A stretch of DNA of 64,000 nt from Candidatus Onthoplasma sp. (GCA_051883515.1 JBJETW010000004.1:26861-90860), one strand, 5' to 3'; counted from the first letter of the stretch, positions 17,180-27,184 are shown. A program made the numbers and translations. Notes: generated by a model not told the origin, from the sequence alone.

Positions 17180-17238
17180 AATATCCTCTCTCAAGGATAT
17201 TATCATTGCATTATACAAATAAATCTAAAACCTGTCAA
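17178..17238 (-). promoter_or_regulatory. consensus promoter and RBS-occluding hairpin of the toxin gene
   Basis: TTGACA(17238-17233)-17 nt-TATAAT(17215-17210); perfect 10-bp stem 17178-17203 covering SD and start codon. Confidence 0.7.
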
Positions 17239-17285
17239 CTTCAATAATTTTAATTAAAAAATATTTTTGACTTTCGTTTTATTTA

Positions 17286-17552
17286 CTCCACCAAAAAGCA
17301 CAACATATTGTGCTTTTTATTTTTTTAATTTCTATATGTGGTGGGTAAAAAGTTAGTCATTTTTTTCTCGTGAGTAGAATTTGAGTAGAATTTTGAGTCG
17401 TTAAGTATATTTATATACTTATAATTGTCTTCTGCGTTTGGTTTGATATAAACTGACTTTGTAATCTTGCTCCCTAGTTTATGTCCAACCCAACCTTGGA
17501 CAACACTTTCAGGTATCCCATTTTCTTCACAACGAGTGATGAATGTATATCT
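17286..17552 (-). pseudogene. 267-bp duplicate of att core/terminator/integrase 3' end (integrase remnant)
   Basis: Matches 2442-2708 with 3 substitutions, then breaks off. Confidence 0.9.
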
Positions 17553-17681
17553 AATCTATATAAAAAAAACAATTGAATTTTCAATTGCTTTTTTATTGCT
17601 TTATGAAGAATTTAACATTTTTTATATTTAATTTTTAATTAATAAATTATTATCGCTTTTTTACTGATTTATTTAAGTCTA

Positions 17682-18746
17682 CTATACTGTTGGCATTTTT
17701 GCTTTCATGTCATTAACAATTTGCAAATAATCTTCTTTGTTGATTCCTTCATAGTTATATGTCAATTCTAATTTTGCATCTAATAATATTTCATAATAAG
17801 TTTCCGTTTCCTCTCCAGAATTTATATACAATTGATTAATTTCTAAAGATACAATTCTTCCGTCATTGGAAATTTCGTATCTTCGCAAAAACTTCACCAA
17901 TTGTTTTGTTGAAGAATCCAAATATTCCATAAAAGTATCAACAATCAAAGTTCCATCTTCCCTTTCTTCAAAAGAGATAATGTCGTCTTTTTCTATTTTA
18001 CTTTCTTGATAATTTACAAAACACATCATTTCTTGCGCTATATAAATTTCCACATCTCCATTTTCAGTAAAACGAGTGCCAACACCCTTAGGTGTTTCTT
18101 CTGAAACATTAGTGTCAAAAATCCAACGTAAACCATCGTTGCTATCAACTATGTCATTATAACGAACAGCTCTAGTTCCATCAGATTCTACCTCCACATC
18201 AATATATCCATCTTCTGAATTAATTGTGGTAATTGTCCTTTGATAAGAACCAAACGCACTTGATTTTATTTGCAAGCCGTCCCAAATGTCGTTATAGTTC
18301 ATCATCAATCTCAATGTGGCAAGTTGAAGTTTGCTTACAACTTGTTCTCTTGTTGTTGCATTTGATTGTTTTTCAATGATTTCATTCTGTTTTTTAATTT
18401 GTTCAATCAATTCTTCAATTTTGAGATTTTGTGCATTATTTTGTTCAATCATTTCTTGCATATTAGCGTCTAAATTTTGAGTTGTTGAATTTGATTGTTC
18501 TTCAATGATTTCATTTTGATTTTTTATTTGTTCAACCAATTCTTCAATTTTGAGATTTTGTGCATTATTTTGTTCAATCATTTCTTGCATATTAGCGTCT
18601 AAATTTTGAACAGACTCAATTGTTTTGTCCGCTTGCTCTTGTGTTAATGTTATGTCAGTTGCACAACCCGAAAATGCAAACAAGCCAGTGAGAGCCAACG
18701 CTGATACTCCCAAAGTTTTTAAAATTGTTTTACTTTTTTCTTTCAT
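17682..18746 (-). CDS. lipoprotein with tandem 43-aa coiled-coil repeat
   Basis: Signal peptide ending FAFSG-C; two copies of QNLDANMQEMIEQNNAQNLKIEEL.EQIK.QNEIIE.QSN.TT (129-bp unit, ~18352-18609). Confidence 0.85.
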   Translation of the reverse strand: MKEKSKTILKTLGVSALALTGLFAFSGCATDITLTQEQADKTIESVQNLDANMQEMIEQNNAQNLKIEELVEQIKNQNEIIEEQSNSTTQNLDANMQEMIEQNNAQNLKIEELIEQIKKQNEIIEKQSNATTREQVVSKLQLATLRLMMNYNDIWDGLQIKSSAFGSYQRTITTINSEDGYIDVEVESDGTRAVRYNDIVDSNDGLRWIFDTNVSEETPKGVGTRFTENGDVEIYIAQEMMCFVNYQESKIEKDDIISFEEREDGTLIVDTFMEYLDSSTKQLVKFLRRYEISNDGRIVSLEINQLYINSGEETETYYEILLDAKLELTYNYEGINKEDYLQIVNDMKAKMPTV

Positions 18747-18950
18747 ATTTTCTCCTTTTGTGATTGCTTTTCATTTTTTTGTTTAATAAATTTCAAAATG
18801 TTTAGCAATAATATTTTTAAGTTTAACCAAAATTTACTAATTAGTCAACTATTTTGAAGTATTTTAACAAAAGTTGTGAATTATCTATATTGAATATATA
18901 ACTTATACTTTAAGAAAAGTGGTTTAGTAAAAATTAAAGGGTGGTTTAGT

Positions 18951-19268
18951 ATGGATATTGTTAAAAAAATTGATGAAATAAGGGTTCAACGTGGCTGGAC
19001 ATTCTACAAACTAGCAAAAGAAAGCGGACTGACACAGCAGACTTTCACCAAATGGATGGAAGGTAAAACTACACCAACAATATCCGCATTGAAGTCTGTT
19101 TGCGACGCATTTGGAATTACGTTATCAAATTTTTTTGCTGAAAACAATTTGGTTGAAAGCACGCCAGAAATAAAAACTATACTAGACAATTGGAACTACC
19201 TAACAAAAGATGAGCAACAATCCATCAAACTTATCATTAATAATTATTTGAAAAGAAAAAATCCGTAA
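18951..19268 (+). CDS. XRE-family HTH regulator
   Basis: IRVQRGWTFYKLAKESGLTQQTFTKW..GKTTPTISALKSVCDAFGITLSNFF. Confidence 0.92.
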   Translation: MDIVKKIDEIRVQRGWTFYKLAKESGLTQQTFTKWMEGKTTPTISALKSVCDAFGITLSNFFAENNLVESTPEIKTILDNWNYLTKDEQQSIKLIINNYLKRKNP

Positions 19269-19335
19269 TTGTAAATTTAATCTTAAAAAAACACCCCAAA
19301 AGGTGTTTTATTTTAAACAATTTAACGAAAAACAA

Positions 19336-20166
19336 TTATTTGTTCATAAACAAAATGCCAAGAGTGTTTGGTCCGCAGTGTGTGCTTATTGTTGAACTTG
19401 CATCACAATCGTATACTTCTTTAAAACCATATTCTTTTAGTCTTTCGCAAATTTTTGTGCTAACTTCCATTTTGCTTGAATGTGTGCAAAAAGCGACAGT
19501 TGTGTCTGGATTGCTCATTTTCAAAGTGTCTTCAACATATTTTAACAAGCAACCATTAATTCCGCCCATATACTTTTTAACGACACCCATTTTGCCGTCT
19601 TGCACCAAAATCTTTGGCTTTATCATCAAAAGTTTCGCACCTATTGCTGCGATTGATGAACATCTGCCACCTTTATGTAAATATTTCAGCGTATCAACCA
19701 AAAAACTTGCTTGAACCTTTTCTCTTTCCGCATTGATTTCTTCAACAATTTGTTCAAGAGATTTTCCTTCTTTTATTTTCCTTATGGCACTCAAAACCAA
19801 AAGCGCAATTCCTGAAGACAATGATTTTGAATCTATAACTTTGACATTTAAACCAACTGATGCAATTTGTGCATGTTCGCAAGCAGATGTGATTTCTCCT
19901 GAAAGAGAAAAATGAATTACGGCATCATTGTCTTTCAATAAGTTTAAAAAATATTCCTTAAACTCATCGACACTAATTGCTCCAGTTTTTGCCAGCTTCC
20001 CAGTCTCTTTCGCATATTTAAACAAATCTTCTGTGGTTATATCAATGCCATCTCTATACTCTTTATCACCCATGTTGACAAAATATGGAATCATGTGAAT
20101 ATTTTCTTTTTCAATTATTTCTTTTGGCATGTCACATGCACTGTCTATTGATATTGCAATTTTCAT
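19336..20166 (-). CDS. DegV family fatty-acid-binding protein
   Basis: IDSACD, SLSGEITS, IDSKSLSSG, LHKGGR, STHCGP motifs. Confidence 0.95.
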   Translation of the reverse strand: MKIAISIDSACDMPKEIIEKENIHMIPYFVNMGDKEYRDGIDITTEDLFKYAKETGKLAKTGAISVDEFKEYFLNLLKDNDAVIHFSLSGEITSACEHAQIASVGLNVKVIDSKSLSSGIALLVLSAIRKIKEGKSLEQIVEEINAEREKVQASFLVDTLKYLHKGGRCSSIAAIGAKLLMIKPKILVQDGKMGVVKKYMGGINGCLLKYVEDTLKMSNPDTTVAFCTHSSKMEVSTKICERLKEYGFKEVYDCDASSTISTHCGPNTLGILFMNK

Positions 20167-20246
20167 TTTTTCACCTTCTTATTAATTTTATCTTATTAAA
20201 TCACTCTTCTACTTTTGATTGTTGAACTTGTCGAAAAAAGTGTTGA

Positions 20247-20693
20247 TTATATTCTATTTTGTCTATCCAAGTCTCTGTTTTTTATTGTTTCACGTTTGTC
20301 AAACAACTTTTTACCCTTTGCAACACATATTTCAATTTTTAAATTATTGTCTTTGAAATACGCTCGGGTTGGCACAAGAGTTAAATGTTCTTGTTCCAAT
20401 TTCTTTTTAATTTTTTGAATTTGGTCTTTATGGAGCAACAACTTTCTATCTCGTTTTTCCACACTACTATTTCGCCCTGCATCAAACGAATTGTCATATG
20501 TCTTGATATAAGAATTCCTTAAAAAGCATTCATTTTTCTCAATGAAGGCATAGCAATCGGAAATTGACAGATGCCCCAATCTAACAGACTTGATTTCATC
20601 TCCAGTTAACACAATTCCCGCTTCAAAACTTTCCAACAATTCATATTCAAATTTCGCTCTTCTATTTTCTGCAACAAGTTTAAATTTTTCCAT
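20247..20693 (-). CDS. smpB: SsrA-binding protein
   Basis: NRRAKFEY, EAGIVLTGDEIKS, RKLLLHK, KGKKLFDKR. Confidence 0.97.
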   Translation of the reverse strand: MEKFKLVAENRRAKFEYELLESFEAGIVLTGDEIKSVRLGHLSISDCYAFIEKNECFLRNSYIKTYDNSFDAGRNSSVEKRDRKLLLHKDQIQKIKKKLEQEHLTLVPTRAYFKDNNLKIEICVAKGKKLFDKRETIKNRDLDRQNRI

Positions 20694-20812
20694 AACTAAA
20701 TTGTATCACACACAAAAATAAAATGCTAATAAATTTTATATATTTTTTATTTGGAATATATCTACAATTATTATAAAACTTTAAAAATTAAATTTTAATA
20801 TTTTTTAAAATT

Positions 20813-23056
20813 TTATCTTTTTTTTGATTTTTTGTGCTTTTTTTGATTTATTTTTGAAATTTTTTTAGAAATTTTTGATTTTATTTCTTTTTTTTGAGTA
20901 TTAATTTTTTTATTTTTAGATTTTGTTAAATCTTGTTTTTTCACAACATAATTTCTTATTGCATTTTCCACACCTGGAAGAGTAAAATTGATTTGTCTCA
21001 ATTGAGTGTTTGTTGACGCAACGACAATTTTGATATTATCCCCAATTGAAAAATGATGTTTCTTGCCATAAAGTGACAACAGCATTTCATCATAGATATA
21101 TTCGTCATATGGCAAATCGTCAAGTTTAACCATACCTTCGATTCCATTTTCAAGCTCCACAAAAATTCCAAATTCTTGTACACCTGATATTGTCCCAGAA
21201 AATTCCTGACCCAAAAAGTTAGACATATACACTGCTTTTTTGTAGTCGTCAACTGCGCGTTCTGCTTCGTCAGCGTTTCTCTCTGTGGTTGAGCTTTGTT
21301 CACTCGCCCGTTCAACAATTGATTTATACTTTAATTTTAAATCGTCTTTTGGAACTCCATTTAAAAACTCTTTAATAATCCTATGAATCAACAAATCAGG
21401 ATATCTTCTTATTGGACTTGTGAAATGACAATAGTTTTCACTTGCGAGACCAAAGTGACCAAGACATGTTGGAGCGTATCTTGCTTTCATCATGGTTCTC
21501 AAAATCATTTTTGTGAGAATTTTTTCTTTTGGGTCTCCTGATAATTTTTCAATAATTTTTTGATAAACCGCAGGATTATCACCATTTTTTTCAATTTCGT
21601 TGTTTATTTTTAAATTTTTTAATATTTTTGCAAGTCTTTCTCTCTTCTCGTCATCTGGTTTTTCATGAACGCGATACACAAAAGGAATATTTTCATCTCT
21701 AAATTTCTTCGCGACACATTCATTTGTCAACACCATGAGGTCTTCAATTATTTCATGCGCTTCGTCTTGCACTCGATTTTCAATTGAGACGATTTCTCCT
21801 TTTTGATTTTCCAAAATGTATGGTTCTGGCAAATTCAAGCGAATTTCTCCGCGTTCTTTCTTTTGCTTTTGCAACTCGCTTGAAATGCGTTGATAATCTA
21901 AAATGTCTTGATAAATATCTTTAAATTTCTCAATCAATTCTTCGTTGCCATTCAAAATGTTTTGCACTTCAGTGTAAGTCATTCTGTGTTTACTTTTTAT
22001 TATACCTTCATGCAAAGTTGATTTAATAAACTTAATATCTTTATCAAACTCAATTTCGCAAGTTAATGTCAATCTATTTTCACCTTCACATAATGAGCAA
22101 ACTCCATTCGAAAGTTCTTTTGGAAGCATAGGTATAACCATATTTGGAAAATAAACGCTTGTTCCGCGCTTATATGCCGTTTTGTCAAGAGCGGAATTTT
22201 CAACCACATAATTTGATACATCTGCGATGTGAACATAAAGTGTGTACCCGCCGTCTTTTTTGCGTTTTATTGAAAGTGCATCGTCAAAATCTCTTGCATC
22301 TTCTCCATCAATTGTAATGACATTGTGAGCGGTGTAGTCAGTTCGCTTTTTAAAATTTGATTTTTTTATTGTTTGATTAATTGCGTTTGCTGCTTTTTGG
22401 GTTTCAGCGTCAAATTGCTCAATCAAACCGAACGAACGAATGATTGACATTTGTTCTGCTTTTGGAGTGTTAGCTTGACCCAAAATTTCAACAACTTTGC
22501 CATTCATTGAATTAAGTCCAATTGTATCTTTGTCAATTTCAACCCAAACCTTATCATTGTTTTTTGCTTTGTTGCTGTCTGGTTTATAAATTCTTATTTG
22601 TGGCAATTTAGGGTCATCAGGGAAAACCACATTTTTGTTCTTCCCTTCAATGTATGTTCCCACAACGTGTGTCGTATTTCTTTTCAAAATGCAAACCACT
22701 CTCCCTTCAACATCTTCTTCAGTTTTTACACTCGTGATTTCCACCAAACAATCGTCTCCATCGAATGCTCCATTTATTCCAAATGCCGGAATAAAAATGT
22801 CAGGAGCACCATCAATTGAAGCAAATCCATAACCCTTTTTATTTAATGATAATTTTGCAGTGTAATATCCTCTGTCTTTTGAAATAGACACCTTGCCACT
22901 ATCATCAAGAAAAAGTTCCCCATTCTCGATTTTTTCATTAACTTGTTTTTGTGTTTCGTCCGCACTTATTTTTAAAATTGAAGACAACTGCTTAATTAGT
23001 TTGTCAATCGTCAAATACATCAATTTGTTGTCTCTTATTGTTTTAATAATATCCAT
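20813..23056 (-). CDS. rnr: ribonuclease R
   Basis: TIDGEDARDFDDA, VHIADVS, HFTSPIRRYPDL, S1 domain, basic tail. Confidence 0.96.
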   Translation of the reverse strand: MDIIKTIRDNKLMYLTIDKLIKQLSSILKISADETQKQVNEKIENGELFLDDSGKVSISKDRGYYTAKLSLNKKGYGFASIDGAPDIFIPAFGINGAFDGDDCLVEITSVKTEEDVEGRVVCILKRNTTHVVGTYIEGKNKNVVFPDDPKLPQIRIYKPDSNKAKNNDKVWVEIDKDTIGLNSMNGKVVEILGQANTPKAEQMSIIRSFGLIEQFDAETQKAANAINQTIKKSNFKKRTDYTAHNVITIDGEDARDFDDALSIKRKKDGGYTLYVHIADVSNYVVENSALDKTAYKRGTSVYFPNMVIPMLPKELSNGVCSLCEGENRLTLTCEIEFDKDIKFIKSTLHEGIIKSKHRMTYTEVQNILNGNEELIEKFKDIYQDILDYQRISSELQKQKKERGEIRLNLPEPYILENQKGEIVSIENRVQDEAHEIIEDLMVLTNECVAKKFRDENIPFVYRVHEKPDDEKRERLAKILKNLKINNEIEKNGDNPAVYQKIIEKLSGDPKEKILTKMILRTMMKARYAPTCLGHFGLASENYCHFTSPIRRYPDLLIHRIIKEFLNGVPKDDLKLKYKSIVERASEQSSTTERNADEAERAVDDYKKAVYMSNFLGQEFSGTISGVQEFGIFVELENGIEGMVKLDDLPYDEYIYDEMLLSLYGKKHHFSIGDNIKIVVASTNTQLRQINFTLPGVENAIRNYVVKKQDLTKSKNKKINTQKKEIKSKISKKISKINQKKHKKSKKR

Positions 23057-23178
23057 GCAAGTATTTTATCACAAAATTAAATTTATCAAAACGATTTTAA
23101 CATATTTTTAAATCTCACATAAATTTTCCACTTTTATATGAATTTTTGACATAAAAAAAGACCAAAATTTGGTCAATT

Positions 23179-23481
23179 TTAATAAAGTGTTAAAATCTTA
23201 AACAATACAAAGTAAAGCACACTAAACAAAGCGATAAGACCTAAACAAATGTAAATTAATCGTGTTATTCGTCCTTCTCTTGAACCAGATTTGTTTTGTG
23301 AATAATAACTATCTTTGTTCCCTGTGATAACGTTGTTTGCTTCATTTCCACCAGTGATTTGCATAAACACCAAAACGACCATAACAAGAGCCAAAATTGC
23401 CAAAATCACCAAACATATTCTCTCTAAAACTGGGAATGATTTGTCCATCCATTCTGGAACTGATGCCAAAAATAAATTCAT
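23179..23481 (-). CDS. secG: preprotein translocase subunit SecG
   Basis: Two TM helices with Gly-rich loop; conserved position upstream of rnr-smpB. Confidence 0.8.
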   Translation of the reverse strand: MNLFLASVPEWMDKSFPVLERICLVILAILALVMVVLVFMQITGGNEANNVITGNKDSYYSQNKSGSREGRITRLIYICLGLIALFSVLYFVLFKILTLY

Positions 23482-23540
23482 GTTTCCTCCAAATATTTGC
23501 TATTATATCATAGCTTTCAAAAGTTGACAAGTCTTTTTAA

Positions 23541-23759
23541 TTATTTTCTTATATAAGTCAAATAAATCAATAGTGCAAACAAAATTATTGCCCATGCAAG
23601 TAAACTTAATTTGACAAACGAATTTTGTTTTCCGTCATGCTTTTTCCAAAAATTCATAACCAACAACAAACAACCAGCAAAAAGAACAAACCAAATTGTT
23701 AAAAACCAAATGCTTGGCATGTCTCTTATAAAATTGACAAATTGATTGTAAATATTCAT
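23541..23759 (-). CDS. small two-TM membrane protein
   Basis: 72-aa ORF with AAGGA RBS. Confidence 0.65.
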   Translation of the reverse strand: MNIYNQFVNFIRDMPSIWFLTIWFVLFAGCLLLVMNFWKKHDGKQNSFVKLSLLAWAIILFALLIYLTYIRK

Positions 23760-23807
23760 AACTTATTCCTTCAACTACATTTTATCACACTTATTTCAAT
23801 TAGTCAA

Positions 23808-25280
23808 TCAGTGTTTTATTAAAGTTTTTCCTTCAAAAGATTTATTTGGTTTAATTCCCATCAAATCTAAAAACGTTGGAGCGACATCAGATAGTTCTCC
23901 ATGTTTTCTCATTTCATTAGTTCCACCAACAATCGTGCAAACGACAGGATTTAATGTGTGCGCCAAATGCGGTTCTCCATTCTTTGTTCGCATCATTTCT
24001 GCGTTTCCGTGGTCAGCAGTGACTAGAACAAAATATCCGTTCTCTTTTGCTTTTTTAATCACTCTTTCAACCGCTTTGTCCAAAACTTCAAGCGATTTCA
24101 CGGTCGCCTGATAATCGCCCGTGTGACCAACCATATCCGGATTTGAAAAGTTTACAATAATTGCATCATAACATTTGTCCACACTTTCCACAACCTTGTC
24201 CGCTATTTCTTTTGCACGCATTTCTGGTGTCTTTGAAAAGTCGTCAACTGCCAAACTAGGAACATGAATTCTGTCTTCACCTTTAAATGGTGTCTCTCTT
24301 CCGCCGTTGAGAAAATAGGTGATATGCGCATATTTTGTGCTCTCTCCAATCTTTATTTGTTTCAGATGTTTTTTAGATAAATATTCACTAAGCGTGTTTT
24401 TCACATTTTTATGTGGATAAATAATTTTGCTTTTAACTCCGCCAACACTTGCCATTGTATATAACGCACAAGGAAGCGTGTTTATCATTTGTCCAATTTG
24501 CCTTAATCTATCTTCTCTGAAATTAAACAAAAACACAACATCGTCTTTTTTGATTCCAGAATAATTTTTGTTTTCAACATGAACAGGTGCAACAAATTGG
24601 TCGTTGTGTCCAATTGAATGCTCTGACTTTATATATTTTTCAACATCAGCTTCTTGAATGCCAGAAAAATTTAAAAACATTTCATTAAATGCACGATTCG
24701 TTCTTTCCATGTGATTTTCTCTGTCAAGAGCAAAAAATCTTCCAGAAACGCTTAAAATGTGGCAATTTTTCTCATTTTTTATCAATTTTTTTAACATTTT
24801 TAAAAATTTTATACTTTCAAATTGAGTTGTATCTCTTCCGTCTGTAATAAAATGAATAAAAATATTTTGCGCCTTATCCTTAAAGACTCTTATCAATTCA
24901 AACAAATGATTTATGTTTGAGTGAATGTTTTTATCGCTCATGAGTCCAACCAAATGCAAATTTGCATTTTTCTTTTTTAATTGAGTTGCAAGTTTTTGAA
25001 TTTCTTTTTTCTTTTCAAACTCTCCAGATTTAATGTCGTCAGAAATTTGTTTTGCCGTTGACTTCACAACTCGTCCAGCGCCAATTGTTGTGTGTCCAAC
25101 TTCACTCCCGCCAAGGTCTTTTGGAAACAAACCAACATACTCGCCATCTGTCCTTAAAAGAGAATAGGGATTATTTTTCAAAGCGTGAAGCGTTGGCGTG
25201 TTTGCATTTATAACCGCGTTAAAATCGTTTTCCTCACCTTCGCCATAACCATCTAAAATTAACAAAATTCCTTTATTCAT
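23808..25280 (-). CDS. gpmI: 2,3-bisphosphoglycerate-independent phosphoglycerate mutase
   Basis: LILDGYG, SEVGH, DGRD, NPDMVGHTG, TADHGNAE. Confidence 0.96.
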   Translation of the reverse strand: MNKGILLILDGYGEGEENDFNAVINANTPTLHALKNNPYSLLRTDGEYVGLFPKDLGGSEVGHTTIGAGRVVKSTAKQISDDIKSGEFEKKKEIQKLATQLKKKNANLHLVGLMSDKNIHSNINHLFELIRVFKDKAQNIFIHFITDGRDTTQFESIKFLKMLKKLIKNEKNCHILSVSGRFFALDRENHMERTNRAFNEMFLNFSGIQEADVEKYIKSEHSIGHNDQFVAPVHVENKNYSGIKKDDVVFLFNFREDRLRQIGQMINTLPCALYTMASVGGVKSKIIYPHKNVKNTLSEYLSKKHLKQIKIGESTKYAHITYFLNGGRETPFKGEDRIHVPSLAVDDFSKTPEMRAKEIADKVVESVDKCYDAIIVNFSNPDMVGHTGDYQATVKSLEVLDKAVERVIKKAKENGYFVLVTADHGNAEMMRTKNGEPHLAHTLNPVVCTIVGGTNEMRKHGELSDVAPTFLDLMGIKPNKSFEGKTLIKH

Positions 25281-25938
25281 TTTCAATCTCCAAAACTAAA
25301 TTAAAAAATTTTTCAATATCTAAACACATTCTTCCAAACATGAAGCCATCAATGTCTTCATGCAACAATGTGTGTAAATTATTTTCATTTAGATTTCCAC
25401 CATATAAAACTTGGCATGTCTTTCCGAAATTTGCGCACATTGATTTGATTAAATTTATATTTTCTAAAACATGTTTTTTTGATGGAAATTTATCCGTCCC
25501 GACGCTCCAGACTGGTTCATATGCAAAGAGAAATTTGCTATTCCCCACATTTTTTAAAATATATTCTACTTGCTGAGTTATCTCTTGATGTGAGTTATCT
25601 TTATTTTGTTCGCCGACACATATTATTGGAATTATATTCTTGTCTATCGCATTAGTCACTTTTTTTACAATCGTCTCGTTTGTTTCACCATGTTTACGTT
25701 TGTCCCAGTGTCCCACTAATGCATATTGACATGAAGAATCATCGGTTAAATTATCCATGTCTTGGACGCATAAATAAACATTTTTTGTCTCAATTTTTAA
25801 GCAATTCAAAAAAAGAAAATTTGGACACAAAATCAATTTCGTGTCCTTAATATCTAAATCTTTCAGTTTTTCTTGTATTTGGAAATAAAATTCGGAATTT
25901 CCAAAATTTTTGTAGTTTCCCACAAGAATTTTATGCAT
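25273..25938 (-). CDS. tpiA: triosephosphate isomerase, divergent/shortened
   Basis: GNYK, VGH, PIICVGE, AYEPVWSVGT, VLYGG; between pgk and gpmI. Confidence 0.85.
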   Translation of the reverse strand: MHKILVGNYKNFGNSEFYFQIQEKLKDLDIKDTKLILCPNFLFLNCLKIETKNVYLCVQDMDNLTDDSSCQYALVGHWDKRKHGETNETIVKKVTNAIDKNIIPIICVGEQNKDNSHQEITQQVEYILKNVGNSKFLFAYEPVWSVGTDKFPSKKHVLENINLIKSMCANFGKTCQVLYGGNLNENNLHTLLHEDIDGFMFGRMCLDIEKFFNLVLEIENE

Positions 25939-27121
25939 TATACTCAACGTCCTCAATTAAGTCAACACATGGAAGAGATTTGCCTTGCAACAACATAAGA
26001 GAAGCGCCACCACCCGTTGAAAGATGTGTCACTTTCTTAACAACGCCCAACGATTTAACCGCTGCAATACTATCTCCACCGCCAATTATTGACATAGCTT
26101 TACTTTTTGCAATATACTTAGCAATTTTGTTGGTGCCTTTCTTAAACTTGTCGTATTCATACACTCCGAGAGGACCATTCCACACAATTGTTTTTGCTTT
26201 TTTAATTTGCTTTTTAAACACTTTTATCGTTTTTGGTCCAATATCCATTCCTTGATACGATTCGTCAAAGAAAGCGCTATTAAATTTCTTTGTCTTTGCT
26301 GTTGCACTAAATTCTTTTGCACCAACATTATCTATTGGAAGAATGATTTTTACACCTTTATCTTTGGCTTTGTCAAGCAATTCTTTTGCCAAATCTATTT
26401 TTGAATTGTCAACAATTGATGTTCCAATGTTCCCACCAATGGCTTTAATAAAAGTGTATGCCATTCCACCACCGATTAAAATTGTGTCCACAATATCAAT
26501 CAAATGTTCAATAACCGGCAATTTATCTGCGATTTTCGCACCACCAAGAATTGCAACGAATGGATGAGCAGGGTCGTTTAGAACTTTATCAAACGCCTTT
26601 AACTCACTTTCAACCAAAAATCCACACACTGCAGGAATTAATTTTGCAACTCCATAAGTTGACGCATGTTTCCTATGTGCAGTTCCAAATGCTTCAAGAA
26701 CAAAAATGTCAGCAAAACTTGCTAGTCGTTTCGCAAATTCTGGGTCATTTTTTTCTTCTTCTTTATAAAAACGGATATTTTCAAGCATCAACACATCGCC
26801 ATCGTTCATTTTGGCAATTAAATCGTCTGTTGATTCGTCCATAATATCTTCTGCAAATGAAACCGGCTTGTCCAAAAGTTTTGACAATCTTGCAAGGACA
26901 GGTCTGAGTGACAACTTGTTGTCTATGCCATCCGGTCTTCCCAAATGAGAACAAACTATTACCTTGGCGCCATGTTCAATTAAATAATTTATTGTTGGCA
27001 GAGTTGCTTGAATTCTTGTGTCATCAGTGATTTTAAGTTCAGCGTTCATTGGGACATTATAATCAACACGTACTAATACTTTTTTGCCAGCAACATCTAT
27101 ATCTCTAACTGTTTTCTTCAT
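25931..27121 (-). CDS. pgk: phosphoglycerate kinase
   Basis: VRVDYNVP, SHLGRP, LENIRF, GGAKIADK, STGGGASL. Confidence 0.98.
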   Translation of the reverse strand: MKKTVRDIDVAGKKVLVRVDYNVPMNAELKITDDTRIQATLPTINYLIEHGAKVIVCSHLGRPDGIDNKLSLRPVLARLSKLLDKPVSFAEDIMDESTDDLIAKMNDGDVLMLENIRFYKEEEKNDPEFAKRLASFADIFVLEAFGTAHRKHASTYGVAKLIPAVCGFLVESELKAFDKVLNDPAHPFVAILGGAKIADKLPVIEHLIDIVDTILIGGGMAYTFIKAIGGNIGTSIVDNSKIDLAKELLDKAKDKGVKIILPIDNVGAKEFSATAKTKKFNSAFFDESYQGMDIGPKTIKVFKKQIKKAKTIVWNGPLGVYEYDKFKKGTNKIAKYIAKSKAMSIIGGGDSIAAVKSLGVVKKVTHLSTGGGASLMLLQGKSLPCVDLIEDVEYNA

Positions 27122-27184
27122 CTTTTCTCCAAATTGATAAAATATGGTTAGTATTATTTTCAATCATTATAACATACTAAAAAA

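Larger units (their letters stand above)
16271..17295. mobile_element. integrase-less 1,025-bp toxin-immunity cassette between ssrA-end repeats
   Basis: Bounded by CTCCACCAAA at 16261 and 17286; has its own promoter, two genes and a terminator (16286-16319). Confidence 0.6.

Noticed and set aside
2425-17295. ssrA-end repeats as a CRISPR array
   Set aside because: Spacing is 1-13 kb, repeats equal the tmRNA 3' end, and no cas genes are present.
18830-18841. AAATTTACTAAT shared with 4254-4265, both in XRE divergent promoters
   Set aside because: A 12-bp AT-rich match is plausible by chance in this genome.
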